From contig OZ243916.1 in assembly GCA_965213675.1 (NCBI GenBank), positions 960,001-1,024,000 of the forward strand: DNA of 64,000 bases, written 5' to 3'. Made by a program: the position numbers and the translations under genes. Each line of letters opens with the position of its first letter. Position 1 is the stretch's first letter. A model generated the notes under the pieces. The model was not told the DNA's origin, did no database searches, and worked only from the letters and a program-made list of their open reading frames with translations. The DNA comes from an uncultured Candidatus Binatia bacterium (GTDB lineage Bacteria > Desulfobacterota > Binatia > UBA9968 > JAJDTQ01). Below are positions 19,849 to 29,749 of the stretch, piece after piece.

Positions 19849-20337
19849 TCAGTCCGCCATCTCGTGCAGAAAGGAAAGGTCCCCGGCCGGACAACGTACA
19901 ACGATGTCGCCTCCGTCCACAACCACCGGCAGGGAATGGAGCGAGAGTCCCTTGCAGGGACCGTCCACGCACACCCCCGTATCAGGCTCGTAAAGAGCGC
20001 CGTGGGTGGCGCACATCAGGTGCCGTCCGTCGTCGGTGAAGAACTGGTAGCGGACGAAGTCCAGCGGCGTCACCAGATGACGGCAACTGTTGATATAGGC
20101 ATGGAAGCGTCCCTGGTGATTGATCGCGAAGCACGCGATCCGGTACTTGCCGCAGATGAGCCAGAACTTCTTCACCGTTCCCGCCGGCAGTTCGTCCACC
20201 CTCGCCACCACCTTGCCGCCGGCCCGCGCCTCGCTGTGCATGCGCATGCGGTCGCGCCGAAAGCGTATCCGGCGCACGGCCAACGCCACGAGATACACGG
20301 CCAGGAACACGGCCGATGCGTAAAGGGTCAGTTCCAT
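19849..20337 (-). CDS. Rieske [2Fe-2S] protein with N-terminal membrane anchor
   Basis: Hydrophobic N-terminus followed by basic residues; NSCRH...CATHGALY. Confidence 0.85.
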   Translation of the reverse strand: MELTLYASAVFLAVYLVALAVRRIRFRRDRMRMHSEARAGGKVVARVDELPAGTVKKFWLICGKYRIACFAINHQGRFHAYINSCRHLVTPLDFVRYQFFTDDGRHLMCATHGALYEPDTGVCVDGPCKGLSLHSLPVVVDGGDIVVRCPAGDLSFLHEMAD

Positions 20338-20387
20338 GACGCGGGTTGCCCTCGCAGTCCAAGGGCGCTCGATTCCCCCGGCGGAGA

Positions 20388-20732
20388 CTAATCGGAGTTT
20401 CCCTGGTCCGGTCTCGGGGGCTTCTCGGTTACTTCGCGAACGCGCTGGACATCATCGGGGGTCTGACGCTCGTTGATGCCCATGACCTGCAAGAGATCAT
20501 TGGTCATGTCCGCGGTGAGACGGTCGCGCACGCTGCCGCGTCCGTCGGGGTTGGCCTTCAGAAAGCGCATGATCTTCTCCGGCGGGGCGCCGGTCTCTTC
20601 CAGCCGGTCCAGCAACTCGCTGAAGCCCACCTGACCGGCACAAGCCTGGACGGTTTCCGCCAGCCGCCGGCACTCGTGGCAGCTTCGGGCAAACAGTCCG
20701 GCGCGTGCGCCGCAGTAGATGCACGCGGCCAT
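20388..20732 (-). CDS. hypothetical protein with N-terminal CxxC...CxxC
   Basis: ORF starts 1 nt after the cysQ-like stop; MAACIYCG...SCHEC; GC3-rich codon usage. Confidence 0.65.
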   Translation of the reverse strand: MAACIYCGARAGLFARSCHECRRLAETVQACAGQVGFSELLDRLEETGAPPEKIMRFLKANPDGRGSVRDRLTADMTNDLLQVMGINERQTPDDVQRVREVTEKPPRPDQGNSD

Positions 20733-20733
20733 C

Positions 20734-21597
20734 TCAAGCCTTGCCCTGCAAGCGCGCCAGCAGCGCCTGAATCCTGTGATTGGACGACTCGCTTCCGGCC
20801 ACGAGCCGCTGCAATACCGGCTCCGGCCGGTTGAACACGGGGCGTTCCCCTTGCCCGGTGGCGATCCGGCCCCCGGCCTCCTCCACGAGAACGATGCCCG
20901 CGCAAACGTCCCACTCCTTGACCCGGCGGAACGTCACGGTGGCATCGGCGCGCCCCCGCGCCACTGAGGCAAGGCGCCAGGCGATGCTGCCCATGGGCGT
21001 CAGCTCGAACTCGCGGGCCAGTTCACTCAGGCGCCGGCGCGGTTCCGACCGGCTGATGAGCAAGGAGGGGCGACGGCCATCACCGTCGCGTGTCACGCGC
21101 ACGGGCGCAGGGGCGCCCCCCGTGTTCAACCATGCGCCGCCGCCCGCCACCGCCGTGAAAAGCTCCCCATGCAGCGGATGGTAGACCACCCCCAGGACGG
21201 CGACCCCGTCCACGGCCAGGCCGATGGACACGCAGAATTCGGGTATGCCGCGAATGAACTCACGCGTGCCGTCCAGCGGGTCGACGATCCACACACGGCG
21301 CTTGTCCAGCCGCTCCGGGTTGTCCACGTCCTCCTCCGAAAGCCACGCGTCGTCGGGAAAACGCTTCTCCAGGGTTTCGCGAATAACCCGGTTGGCCGCG
21401 AGGTCGGCGGTGGTCACCGGGTCGCCGCGCGACTTCTCCGCAACCTGATATTCGCCGCCGTAGAGCCGGGCGATGATGCCACCGGCCTCCCGCGCCGCAT
21501 CCGACGCCGCGCGACACTCCTCCGCGAGGGCCGGCGGCGTGCCGGACCCCGTGCTGGACAAAGCTCCTGCCGAGGGTCCATAATGAAGATCTGCCAT
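20734..21597 (-). CDS. cysQ: 3'(2'),5'-bisphosphate nucleotidase CysQ / inositol monophosphatase family
   Basis: PVTTAD, WLSEE, WIVDPLDGTREF, GSIA, EWDVCAG; start uncertain. Confidence 0.85.
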   Translation of the reverse strand: MADLHYGPSAGALSSTGSGTPPALAEECRAASDAAREAGGIIARLYGGEYQVAEKSRGDPVTTADLAANRVIRETLEKRFPDDAWLSEEDVDNPERLDKRRVWIVDPLDGTREFIRGIPEFCVSIGLAVDGVAVLGVVYHPLHGELFTAVAGGGAWLNTGGAPAPVRVTRDGDGRRPSLLISRSEPRRRLSELAREFELTPMGSIAWRLASVARGRADATVTFRRVKEWDVCAGIVLVEEAGGRIATGQGERPVFNRPEPVLQRLVAGSESSNHRIQALLARLQGKA

Positions 21598-21648
21598 CGG
21601 TTCAACTATAACAGAACGCCCGTAGAACACGCGAAAGCAGTGCCATCC

Positions 21649-22365
21649 ATGACAGCCCCCGACCCGGCCCCGACAACCAAGGCGGTGTTCCTCGACGCCG
21701 CCGGAACCCTGTTCGAGTCCGTCAAGCCCGTCGCCGTGACTTATGCGGAGATGGCGCGGCAGTTTGGCAAGGACGTGCCGTTCGAGGAGGTGTCGCGGCG
21801 CTTCGGCGAGTGCTTCGCCAGCGCCCCGCCCATGGCGTTCCCGCGCGCCAGCGGCAAGAAGCTGGCGGCGCTGGAGCGCGCCTGGTGGCGCGACGTGGTC
21901 TGGAACGTGTTCGGCGCCGCTGGACCGTTCCCGCGCTTCGACGACTACTTCGCCGCGCTGTTCGCCTACTTCGCCCGCGCCGATTCATGGTCGCTCTTCG
22001 ACGACACGGAGGCGGTCCTGAAATCGCTCAAGACGCGCGGCCTGATCCTGGTGATGATTTCGAACTTCGACTCGCGCGTGCTCGGGATCTGCCGCGGGCT
22101 GGGCATCGCGGACTACTTCGACTCGGTATTCATTTCCAGCAGCGCGGGTTTCGCCAAACCCGCGCCCGGCATCTTCCAGCTCGCGCTGGAGCGCCACGGC
22201 CTCGCCCCGTGCGACGCCGTACATGTGGGCGACAGCCCCGAAACCGACATCGAGGGGGCGCGCAACGCCGGTGTCCGCCCCGTGTTGCTGGACCGGAGCG
22301 GCAGGCTCGAAAGCGGCGGCGCCGCGCGCATCCGCGGCCTCGGTGAGTTGATGGGCCTGCTGTAG
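21649..22365 (+). CDS. HAD-IA family hydrolase (REG-2/HDHD3-like)
   Basis: FLDAAGTL, ISNFD, KPAPGIF, HVGDS..DIEGA. Confidence 0.9.
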   Translation: MTAPDPAPTTKAVFLDAAGTLFESVKPVAVTYAEMARQFGKDVPFEEVSRRFGECFASAPPMAFPRASGKKLAALERAWWRDVVWNVFGAAGPFPRFDDYFAALFAYFARADSWSLFDDTEAVLKSLKTRGLILVMISNFDSRVLGICRGLGIADYFDSVFISSSAGFAKPAPGIFQLALERHGLAPCDAVHVGDSPETDIEGARNAGVRPVLLDRSGRLESGGAARIRGLGELMGLL

Positions 22366-22424
22366 TCGTCTAAGTCATGACGACGGCGATGGGGAAGCGG
22401 AAAGCATGGAGAATCGGCCTTTCC

Positions 22425-22450
22425 GGAGTCCCGCTTGCGCGGGAATGACG
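22425..22450 (-). repeat. REP-like palindrome (CGTCATTCCCGCGCAAGCGGGACTCC)
   Basis: Short hairpin TCCCGC-GCAA-GCGGGA preceded by GTCA, resembling the widespread GTCATTCCCGCG.AGGCGGGAATCC extragenic repeat; single copy here. Confidence 0.5.
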
Positions 22451-22553
22451 TTTCGCAGGGCGGGTTTCGGATCGTTCTTGACGAACTTGTTTTGCAGCAG
22501 CGGGAGGACCGTCGCACCCGTTGCGAACCCGACATTTCATCGGAGGTAGGACC

Positions 22554-23582
22554 ATGGCGATCATCGACGCAGACGCGCACGTGCTGGAGACCCAAAAGAC
22601 CTGGGAATACATGGAGGGTGCGGAAAAAGCTTACCGCCCCCGGATCGTCACCGCCCAGAACGGCACGGGCGGCGAAGGCGAATACTGGCTGGTGGATGGA
22701 CGACTCCATCTCAAGTCGGACAATGTCGGCAAGGACACGCCGGCGGAATCTCGCGAAATGGCGGACGTGTCCTCCCGGTTGCAGCACATGGACGAGATGG
22801 GGGTATCCGTCCAGGTGCTCTACCCCACCATCTTTCTGCGCCCCGTCACGGACAAGCCCGAGGTGGAGCGGGCGCTCTTCAAAAGCTACAACCGCTGGCT
22901 GTGCGACATCTGGAAGCAGGGCCAGAACCGCCTGCGCTGGGTCGCGACCCTGCCGTTGATGAGCATGGACGAGGCGCTGAAGGAGCTGGACTTCGTGCTT
23001 CAAAACGGCGCCTGCGGGGTGTTCGTCCCCGGTCTTGTCGGCAACCGGCGCCTGAGCGACCCGTACTTCACGCCGCTCTATGAAGCGCTGAGCGACGCCG
23101 GCACCCCCCTGTGCGTCCACTCCGCCACCGGCAGCTTCACCCAGCACGACCTCTTCTTCGACGAGCCTGGCTTCAACAAGTTCAAGCTCGCGGTGGTGGG
23201 ATCGTTCCACTCGGTGATCTGGGACCGCGTCCCGGAACGCTTCCCGCGACTGCGCATCGGGTTCATCGAGGTGAGCGCGCAATGGGTTCCGTACGTATTC
23301 CACGACCTCGCCAAACGTTTCCGCCAGAAGCGCGGCATCGAGCTCTCGCGCAGCTTCCTCAAGGACAGCCGCATCTACGTGGCCTGCCAGACCGACGACG
23401 ACCTCGACTACGTGCTCGAATACGCGGGCGACGACAGCATCGTCATTGGCACGGACTACGGCCACAACGACACTTCCAGCGAGATCGAGGCACTGCAGAA
23501 ACTCCAGGACGACGGCAAGGTGAGCCCCGCGGCCGTCGCCAAGATCCTCGACGACAACCCCCGGGCGCTGTACGGCCTGTAG
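22554..23582 (+). CDS. amidohydrolase_2 family protein (ACMSD/LigW-like metal hydrolase or decarboxylase)
   Basis: GGAGG RBS; IDADAHV, YNRWL, LCVH, FIE, GTDYGH, NPRALY. Confidence 0.85.
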   Translation: MAIIDADAHVLETQKTWEYMEGAEKAYRPRIVTAQNGTGGEGEYWLVDGRLHLKSDNVGKDTPAESREMADVSSRLQHMDEMGVSVQVLYPTIFLRPVTDKPEVERALFKSYNRWLCDIWKQGQNRLRWVATLPLMSMDEALKELDFVLQNGACGVFVPGLVGNRRLSDPYFTPLYEALSDAGTPLCVHSATGSFTQHDLFFDEPGFNKFKLAVVGSFHSVIWDRVPERFPRLRIGFIEVSAQWVPYVFHDLAKRFRQKRGIELSRSFLKDSRIYVACQTDDDLDYVLEYAGDDSIVIGTDYGHNDTSSEIEALQKLQDDGKVSPAAVAKILDDNPRALYGL

Positions 23583-23711
23583 ACGCGGGACGCCAGGAAA
23601 TAGCGGGGCGCGGCGGCGTTTGTCGCATTCCCGTTTGTTGCAATCCCATGACCGCGCCGTTCGTTCCGAGCGTCGCGAAGCGAAGTGGAAGGACACCGGA
23701 TCCAAGGTAAT

Positions 23712-25937
23712 ATGATGGCGAATCGTCAACTGAAGTATGTCGGCGCCAACACCCCGCGGGTGGACGGCTACGACAAGGTCACGGGGCAGGCCAAGTACAC
23801 CGGGGACCTAGAAATCCCGGGAATGTCCTACGGCCACGTGCTGCGCAGCCTGCACGCGCACGCGCGCCTCGTGGACATCGACACGAGCGCGGCGGAGCGG
23901 CTGCCGGGCGTCGCCGGCGTGCTCACCGGACGGGACGTGGACGATCTCGACCCCCACTACGGCGGCCGCCCGCTTATCGCGCTGGAGCGAGTGCGTTACG
24001 TCGGCGAGCCCGTGGCGGTGGTGGCCGCGGACGATCCGCTGACCGCCGAGCAGGCCGCCGCCCTGGTGGAGGTCCGATACGAGCCCCTGTCCGCGGCGGT
24101 GGGGCTCGACGCGGCGCTGGCGCCGGACGCGCCGCGCGTGCACGAGGACCGTGAAGGCAACATCTGCGCCCACGACAAGGTGCGGCGCGGCGACATCGTC
24201 CGAGGGTTCGCCGAGTCGGACCAAATCTTCGAGCACCACTTCACCTTTCCCATGATCTACCACTACTCCATGGAACCCCATGGGGTCATCGCAGACTACC
24301 GGGACGACGGCATTACCTTGTGGTCCTCGGCCCAGCATCCGTTCCTGGTGCAGGCGGATCTGGCGCGCATCTTCGGGTTTCCCGAAAGCAGGGTGAGTCT
24401 CCACGTGCCCTACCTAGGAGGCGGCTTCGGCGGCAAGTCCTACGCCAAGATCGAGCCGCTGGTGGTGGCGGCATCGCGCAAGGTGGGGCGCCCGGTGCGG
24501 GTGTGCCTGTCGGTGTCGGAAGCGATGGTGACGGTGCGGCGGCACAGCGCCAGGGTTCGGGTCAAGACCGGCGTCAAGAACGACGGCACCCTCATGGCGC
24601 GGGAGGCGGAGATCTACCTCGACACCGGCGCGTACATGGACAACGGCCCTCAGGTCGCCACACGCGCCGCCACCCGTGTGCTCGGCCCCTACCGCATCCC
24701 GCACATCCACACCGACGCCTACGCGGTCTATACCCACGCCGGCGGAGCCGGCTCGTTCCGATCCATCGGCGGCCCGCAGTCCATCTTCGCGGGCGAAAGC
24801 CAGATGAACATGATCGCGGCGCGCCTGGGCATGGACCCCGCGGCGCTGCGACTCAAGAACCTGCTCAAGCGCGGCGAGGTGCTGCGGCCGGGTCTGCGCC
24901 CCTTGGACGTGAACCTCGCCGGGACCCTGAAGCGCCTGCTGAGCGCCAGCCGCTGGAAAGGGCGCACAGCCCGGGCGCACGCGCCGGCAGGCCTGGCCTG
25001 CGGCATGACCAATGCCGGCGGCCAGCCCATCACGGTGGCCATGGTGCGTCTCCAGGCCGACGGCGCCGCCACCATCATGGCCGGCAGCACCGAGATGGGC
25101 CAGGGCGTGCGCACGGTGCTGTCCCAGTTCGTGGGCGAGGAACTGCAACTGCCGCTGGAACGCATCCGCATGTCCGGCGCGGATACGGCCATCACCCCCT
25201 ACGACCGCTCCACCGGCTCCAGCCGTTCCACCACCCTCATGGGGCGGGCGGTGCAGCAGGCGGCGCGCGATGTGAAGCGCCAGCTCCTCAAGATCGGCGC
25301 CGCGGCGTTCGGCGCGCGCGCCAGGGAGGTCCGGCTGATGGACGGCTCGCTGGTGTGTGGCGAGGCGCGCATGTCCTTCGCCGAAGCCATGGAAAAACGT
25401 TTCGGCGCCGCCGCCGGCGAACTGATCGGAACCGGCACCGTCGGACCGGAGATCATCCAGAACGTCCTGCCCGTGGTCTGGGAAGTAGGCATGGGTGCGG
25501 TGGAGTTGGACATCGACCGCGACACTGGCGCCGTGTCGGTGGCGGACTACCTGTCCGTGGCTGATGTCGGCAAGGCCATCAACCCCATCCAGTGCGAGGG
25601 ACAGGAAGAAGGCGCCGCCATGATGGGCTTGGGGCACGCGCTGTTCGAGGAGATGATCTACGAGGGCGGCCAACTCGTGAACTCGAACCTGGTGGACTAC
25701 CGGGTCCCTTCCTTCACGGACATGCCCCGGGGCTTCCACACGGTGCTGGTGGAGAACGGCGACGGCCTCGGCCCCTACGGCAGCCGCGGCATGGGCGAAG
25801 GCGGCATCTTCTCGGTGGCGCCGGCCATCACCGGCGCGCTGGCCCATGCCACCGGCGTGCAGATCTGCGACCTGCCGCTCACCCCGGAGCGGGTATGGCG
25901 CGCCCTGCGCGCCGCTGGAGCTACGGACGAGGCATGA
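23712..25937 (+). CDS. xanthine dehydrogenase family molybdopterin-binding subunit (no adjacent small/medium subunits)
   Basis: KVTGQAKY, MEPH, YLGGGFGGK, SFRSIG, EMGQG, GSSRST, DVGKAINP, RGMGEGG, LPLTPERV. Confidence 0.92.
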   Translation: MMANRQLKYVGANTPRVDGYDKVTGQAKYTGDLEIPGMSYGHVLRSLHAHARLVDIDTSAAERLPGVAGVLTGRDVDDLDPHYGGRPLIALERVRYVGEPVAVVAADDPLTAEQAAALVEVRYEPLSAAVGLDAALAPDAPRVHEDREGNICAHDKVRRGDIVRGFAESDQIFEHHFTFPMIYHYSMEPHGVIADYRDDGITLWSSAQHPFLVQADLARIFGFPESRVSLHVPYLGGGFGGKSYAKIEPLVVAASRKVGRPVRVCLSVSEAMVTVRRHSARVRVKTGVKNDGTLMAREAEIYLDTGAYMDNGPQVATRAATRVLGPYRIPHIHTDAYAVYTHAGGAGSFRSIGGPQSIFAGESQMNMIAARLGMDPAALRLKNLLKRGEVLRPGLRPLDVNLAGTLKRLLSASRWKGRTARAHAPAGLACGMTNAGGQPITVAMVRLQADGAATIMAGSTEMGQGVRTVLSQFVGEELQLPLERIRMSGADTAITPYDRSTGSSRSTTLMGRAVQQAARDVKRQLLKIGAAAFGARAREVRLMDGSLVCGEARMSFAEAMEKRFGAAAGELIGTGTVGPEIIQNVLPVVWEVGMGAVELDIDRDTGAVSVADYLSVADVGKAINPIQCEGQEEGAAMMGLGHALFEEMIYEGGQLVNSNLVDYRVPSFTDMPRGFHTVLVENGDGLGPYGSRGMGEGGIFSVAPAITGALAHATGVQICDLPLTPERVWRALRAAGATDEA

Positions 25938-26800
25938 AGATCCGGGATCGCTTCAATGAGAAACAGCCGCTCTTTTCCTTCGAGTTCTTCCCGCCGAAGG
26001 ATGACCAGGGCGTGGATGCGCTGTTCGAGACCGTCGCGAACCTGAAGGCCTTGGGACCGGCCTTCGTATCCGTCACCTACGGCGCCGGCGGCAGCACGCG
26101 CGAGAAGACCGTGGCCATCACCCGGCGCATCAAGCGTGAGACCGGCATCGAGGCCATGGCGCACCTGACCTGCGTGGGGCACGGACGCCATGACATCGCC
26201 GCGCTCCTCGAGGATTACGAGGCCGCGGGCATCGAAAACATCATGGCGCTGCGCGGGGACCCGCCGCGGGGAGACACGACTTTCACGCCCCATCCGGACG
26301 GCTTCTCCCACGCCGACCAACTCATCGGCTTCATCCGGGAACGCAAGGACTTCTGCCTCGGCGGCGCGGGTTACCCGGAGACTCATCCCGAGGCGCCCAG
26401 CCCGGAAACCGACCTGGAAAACCTCAAGCGCAAGATCGACGCCGGCTGCGATTTCGTCGTCACCCAGCTCTTTTTCGACGAGCGCGACTACTTCGACTTC
26501 GCAGCCCGCGCCCGGGGAGCTTGTATCGACGTCCCCATCGTCCCCGGCATCATGCCCGTCACCAACACCGCCCAGATCAAACGCTTCACGCAGATGTGCG
26601 GCGCCACCATCCCGGCGCCGTTGCTGGCAAGGCTCGAGACGGCCGCCGGCGACGCCGAGGCGGTGGCCCAGGTCGGCATCGAGCACGCCACCCGCCAGTG
26701 CCGCGCCCTGCTCGACGGCGGCGCCCCCGGCATCCACTTCTACACCCTCAACCGCTCCCTCTCCACGAGGCGGATCGTCGCCAACCTGCGGGAGCCGTAG
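25934..26800 (+). CDS. metF: 5,10-methylenetetrahydrofolate reductase
   Basis: SFEFFPPK, SVTYGAGGS, AHLTC, ALRGD, YPETHPE, TQLFFD, HFYTLN; ATGA overlap with upstream gene. Confidence 0.96.
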   Translation: MKIRDRFNEKQPLFSFEFFPPKDDQGVDALFETVANLKALGPAFVSVTYGAGGSTREKTVAITRRIKRETGIEAMAHLTCVGHGRHDIAALLEDYEAAGIENIMALRGDPPRGDTTFTPHPDGFSHADQLIGFIRERKDFCLGGAGYPETHPEAPSPETDLENLKRKIDAGCDFVVTQLFFDERDYFDFAARARGACIDVPIVPGIMPVTNTAQIKRFTQMCGATIPAPLLARLETAAGDAEAVAQVGIEHATRQCRALLDGGAPGIHFYTLNRSLSTRRIVANLREP

Positions 26801-26832
26801 AGTCCGCAACGCCTGGGAATCGCCGAAGGAAC

Positions 26833-26871
26833 AAAAAAAGGGCCGGGAGCTTGGTGCTCCCGGCCCTTTTT
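26833..26871. terminator. bidirectional rho-independent terminator
   Basis: AAAAAAA-GGGCCGGGAGC-TTGGT-GCTCCCGGCCC-TTTTT between convergent metF and the UbiD gene. Confidence 0.9.
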
Positions 26872-26893
26872 GCTTGCAGCGGCCAACGGCGCG

Positions 26894-28381
26894 CTACCCC
26901 TCAATGACGTGGCGCCACTTGTCGTAAACCTTCTTCTTGAGTTCGGGGGTGGACTCGGCCACGGGCGGGAAGTCCTTCATCCACTCGAAGGGGCGGGTGG
27001 CGTCGATGATGGCGCGGGAGTTGAAGCCCTTCTTGCCCGGCTCGATGCGCGGGTCGAGGGGGCCGCTCCAGCAGCGCCGCAGGATGTCGATGGAATCCAC
27101 CGGATCGGAGCGGGTGGCCAGGGCCCAGAGCACGTCGAAGGTCTTGGTGGGGTCGATGTCCTCGTCCACCACGATGACGTAGCGTCCGAGATAGGCGCCC
27201 GCATGCACCTGGGAGGCCACGAAGCCGGCCTGGCGCGCGTGGCCCGGGTAGCGTTGTTTGATGGAAATGATGTTCAGCAGACGGCCGCCGCCCGCCTCAT
27301 GGCACCACACGCCCTTCACGTCGGGCACGCCGGCCTTTTCCACCTGGTCCCAGATGAGCGCGGCCTTCACCATGCACTTGGCGATGGAGTAGTCCGAAGG
27401 CGGCCGCCCGGGCCGGGCCGCGGTGAGAATGGGATTGTTGCGGTGGTAGATGCGCTCCACCCGGATCAGCGGCTCGGGGCGGCTGTTGCTGGCGTAGTAG
27501 CCGGTCCACTCGCCGAACGGCCCTTCCGTGCGCCGCTCCTCGGGATCCATGTAGCCCTCGATGACGATCTCGGCTTGGGCCGGGAACGGCAACCCCGTGA
27601 CCTCGCCCTGGATGACGTCGATGGGGGCGCCCTTGAGCCCGCCGGCGTAGTCGTACTCGGACACGCCGTAGTCCACCTCGTTGCCGGACACCATGAACAG
27701 CACCGGATCCTGTCCCACGCACACGATGACCGGGCACTTCTCGCCGCGGTCGAACCATTTGTCTCGCTGGATGCGGCCGTGCTTTCCAGGCGAGATGTAG
27801 ACGTTCATGCTCTGCTCGTCCTGAACCATGCCGCGATAGGTGCCGAAATTCACCCAGCCCTCGTCCGGGTCCTTGGTGACCACGAGGCAGCCCGTGCCGA
27901 TGTAGCGTCCGCCGTCCAGCTCATGAACGAACGGCACCGGGAACTTCAACAGGTTGATGTCCTCACCCTTGAGCACGTTCTCCATCACCGGACCGCTGTC
28001 GACGACGCGATGGGGGATCGGGTTGTGTTCGGAGATCTTGTCGCGGGTGGCGCGGACGAGATCCAGGTCGGTGAGGTCGATGGGCAGCCCCAAGGCCAGC
28101 GCCATGCGCTTGAACGAGGCGTTCTGCGCGAACAGCACCCGGAAGCCCTCGGGGTAGTCCTTGATCTTGTCATAGAGCACCGCGGGCACGGGTCCGTTGC
28201 TCCCTTGGGCGATGAGTTCCGACAGGGTCCCCATCTCCAGGTTCCAGTCGACTCCATCCACCCGCTTCAACTGTCCGAAGCTGTCAACGATCTCCAGCCA
28301 CTCCCGCAGATCGGTATAGCTGGGCGCGGCCCCGGCGCGGATCTCCTTCTCAACGATCTTGGTTGCCTCTACTGCGGCCAT
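26894..28381 (-). CDS. UbiD family prFMN-dependent (de)carboxylase
   Basis: DLREWL, DGGRYI, NFGTYR, AEIVIEG, EGPFGEWTGYY, VDEDID, WALATR, IIDATRP. Confidence 0.93.
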   Translation of the reverse strand: MAAVEATKIVEKEIRAGAAPSYTDLREWLEIVDSFGQLKRVDGVDWNLEMGTLSELIAQGSNGPVPAVLYDKIKDYPEGFRVLFAQNASFKRMALALGLPIDLTDLDLVRATRDKISEHNPIPHRVVDSGPVMENVLKGEDINLLKFPVPFVHELDGGRYIGTGCLVVTKDPDEGWVNFGTYRGMVQDEQSMNVYISPGKHGRIQRDKWFDRGEKCPVIVCVGQDPVLFMVSGNEVDYGVSEYDYAGGLKGAPIDVIQGEVTGLPFPAQAEIVIEGYMDPEERRTEGPFGEWTGYYASNSRPEPLIRVERIYHRNNPILTAARPGRPPSDYSIAKCMVKAALIWDQVEKAGVPDVKGVWCHEAGGGRLLNIISIKQRYPGHARQAGFVASQVHAGAYLGRYVIVVDEDIDPTKTFDVLWALATRSDPVDSIDILRRCWSGPLDPRIEPGKKGFNSRAIIDATRPFEWMKDFPPVAESTPELKKKVYDKWRHVIEG

Positions 28382-28600
28382 AGGATTACAGGCTCCTTCC
28401 TTGGGGTTTCTTTCCTCAGTGCCACGTGACATCCCGTGGTTTCAACGCAATATCCGTTGTTATTTCCTGGTGTTTATATCGGGTAACCGCGACATTTGCC
28501 AGTGCGCACCGCACAGCCAAACCCCCGGAACAACCCGCGATCACTTGGCGCGGCGGGCTCGCGCCCGTGCCGAATCCGAGGGACCGCCCCTGTCGCGCGG

Positions 28601-29749
28601 TCAATCGCCCAGCATCGTGTCGTCCATGCCCTCGGTGTCGTCCGCGGGCAAACCGTTGCAACTCTCCGGATCGAGGGCGAGATAGACGCCGGTGCCCACC
28701 GGCACGGCGTTGGCGGGATGCGTGTGCACGCGGACGAGTTGCTCCCGGACCTTCACTTGGCAATGATAGGCATCACCCATGAAAACGGCGTCGTGCAGCG
28801 TCCCGTGCAACACGTTGTCGGCGCCGTCCGGCGCCTCCTTCGTCACCGTGATGTTCTCGGGCCGGATCGAGAGCACCACGCTGGCGCCCTTCTCCATGGG
28901 CACGGCGGGACTGAACGACAGCATCCCGAACTCGGTGTCGAGGCGGCTGGGATGGGAGTTGGCGCCGACCTCCGCGACCTTGCCGTTGATGAGGTTGGTC
29001 AACCCCAGGAACGTGGCGGTGAACTTGCGCTTGGGCTTGGCATAGAGCTGGTGCGGGTCGCCCACCTCGATCAGCTTGCCGCCGTGCATGACCGCGATCT
29101 GGTCGGAAATGGCCAGCGCTTCAGCCTGATCGTGGGTGACGTAGATGGTAGTGATGTTCACACGCCGCTGCAACGCCTTGATCTCGAAGCGCATCTGTTC
29201 CCGCAGCTTGGCGTCGAGGTTGCTCAATGGCTCGTCCAGCAACATCACCTTGGGCTCGTTGATCAGCGCCCGGGCGAAGGCCACCCGCTGCTGCTGTCCA
29301 CCGGAAAGCTTGGGGGCGGGCCGGTCTTCCAGGCCGGCAAGCCCGACGATCTTGAGCACATCCTCCACGCGGCTGCGGATCTCGGTCTTGGGGCGCCGCC
29401 GGATGGTCAGCGGATAACCCACGTTCTCCGCCACGCTCATGTGCGGCCAGATGGCATAGGACTGGAACACCATGCCGATGGGCCGGTGGTTCGGCGGCAC
29501 GTAGGCGCCGCCGGCGGAGTTGAACACCGCCTTCTCGTCGATGTCGATGACCCCGCTCTCCGGCCGCTCGAGCCCGGCGACGCAACGCAGCGTCGTTGTC
29601 TTGCCGCAGCCGCTGGGGCCCAGGAACGTGTACAGGGATCCTTCCGGGATGCTCAGCGAGACTCCCTTGAGAACGTGGACCCGCTCCGGCCCTTCTCCGA
29701 AGTATTTCTCAAGGTTCTGAATCTCGACCATGACTCTGTCATCGCTCAC
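28601..29749 (-). CDS. ABC transporter ATP-binding protein (PotA/FbpC-like, TOBE domain)
   Basis: GPSGCGKTT, FQSYAIWPH, LSGGQQQRVA, LLDEPLSNLD, YVTHDQ; GTG start with GGAGG RBS. Confidence 0.93.
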   Translation of the reverse strand: MSDDRVMVEIQNLEKYFGEGPERVHVLKGVSLSIPEGSLYTFLGPSGCGKTTTLRCVAGLERPESGVIDIDEKAVFNSAGGAYVPPNHRPIGMVFQSYAIWPHMSVAENVGYPLTIRRRPKTEIRSRVEDVLKIVGLAGLEDRPAPKLSGGQQQRVAFARALINEPKVMLLDEPLSNLDAKLREQMRFEIKALQRRVNITTIYVTHDQAEALAISDQIAVMHGGKLIEVGDPHQLYAKPKRKFTATFLGLTNLINGKVAEVGANSHPSRLDTEFGMLSFSPAVPMEKGASVVLSIRPENITVTKEAPDGADNVLHGTLHDAVFMGDAYHCQVKVREQLVRVHTHPANAVPVGTGVYLALDPESCNGLPADDTEGMDDTMLGD

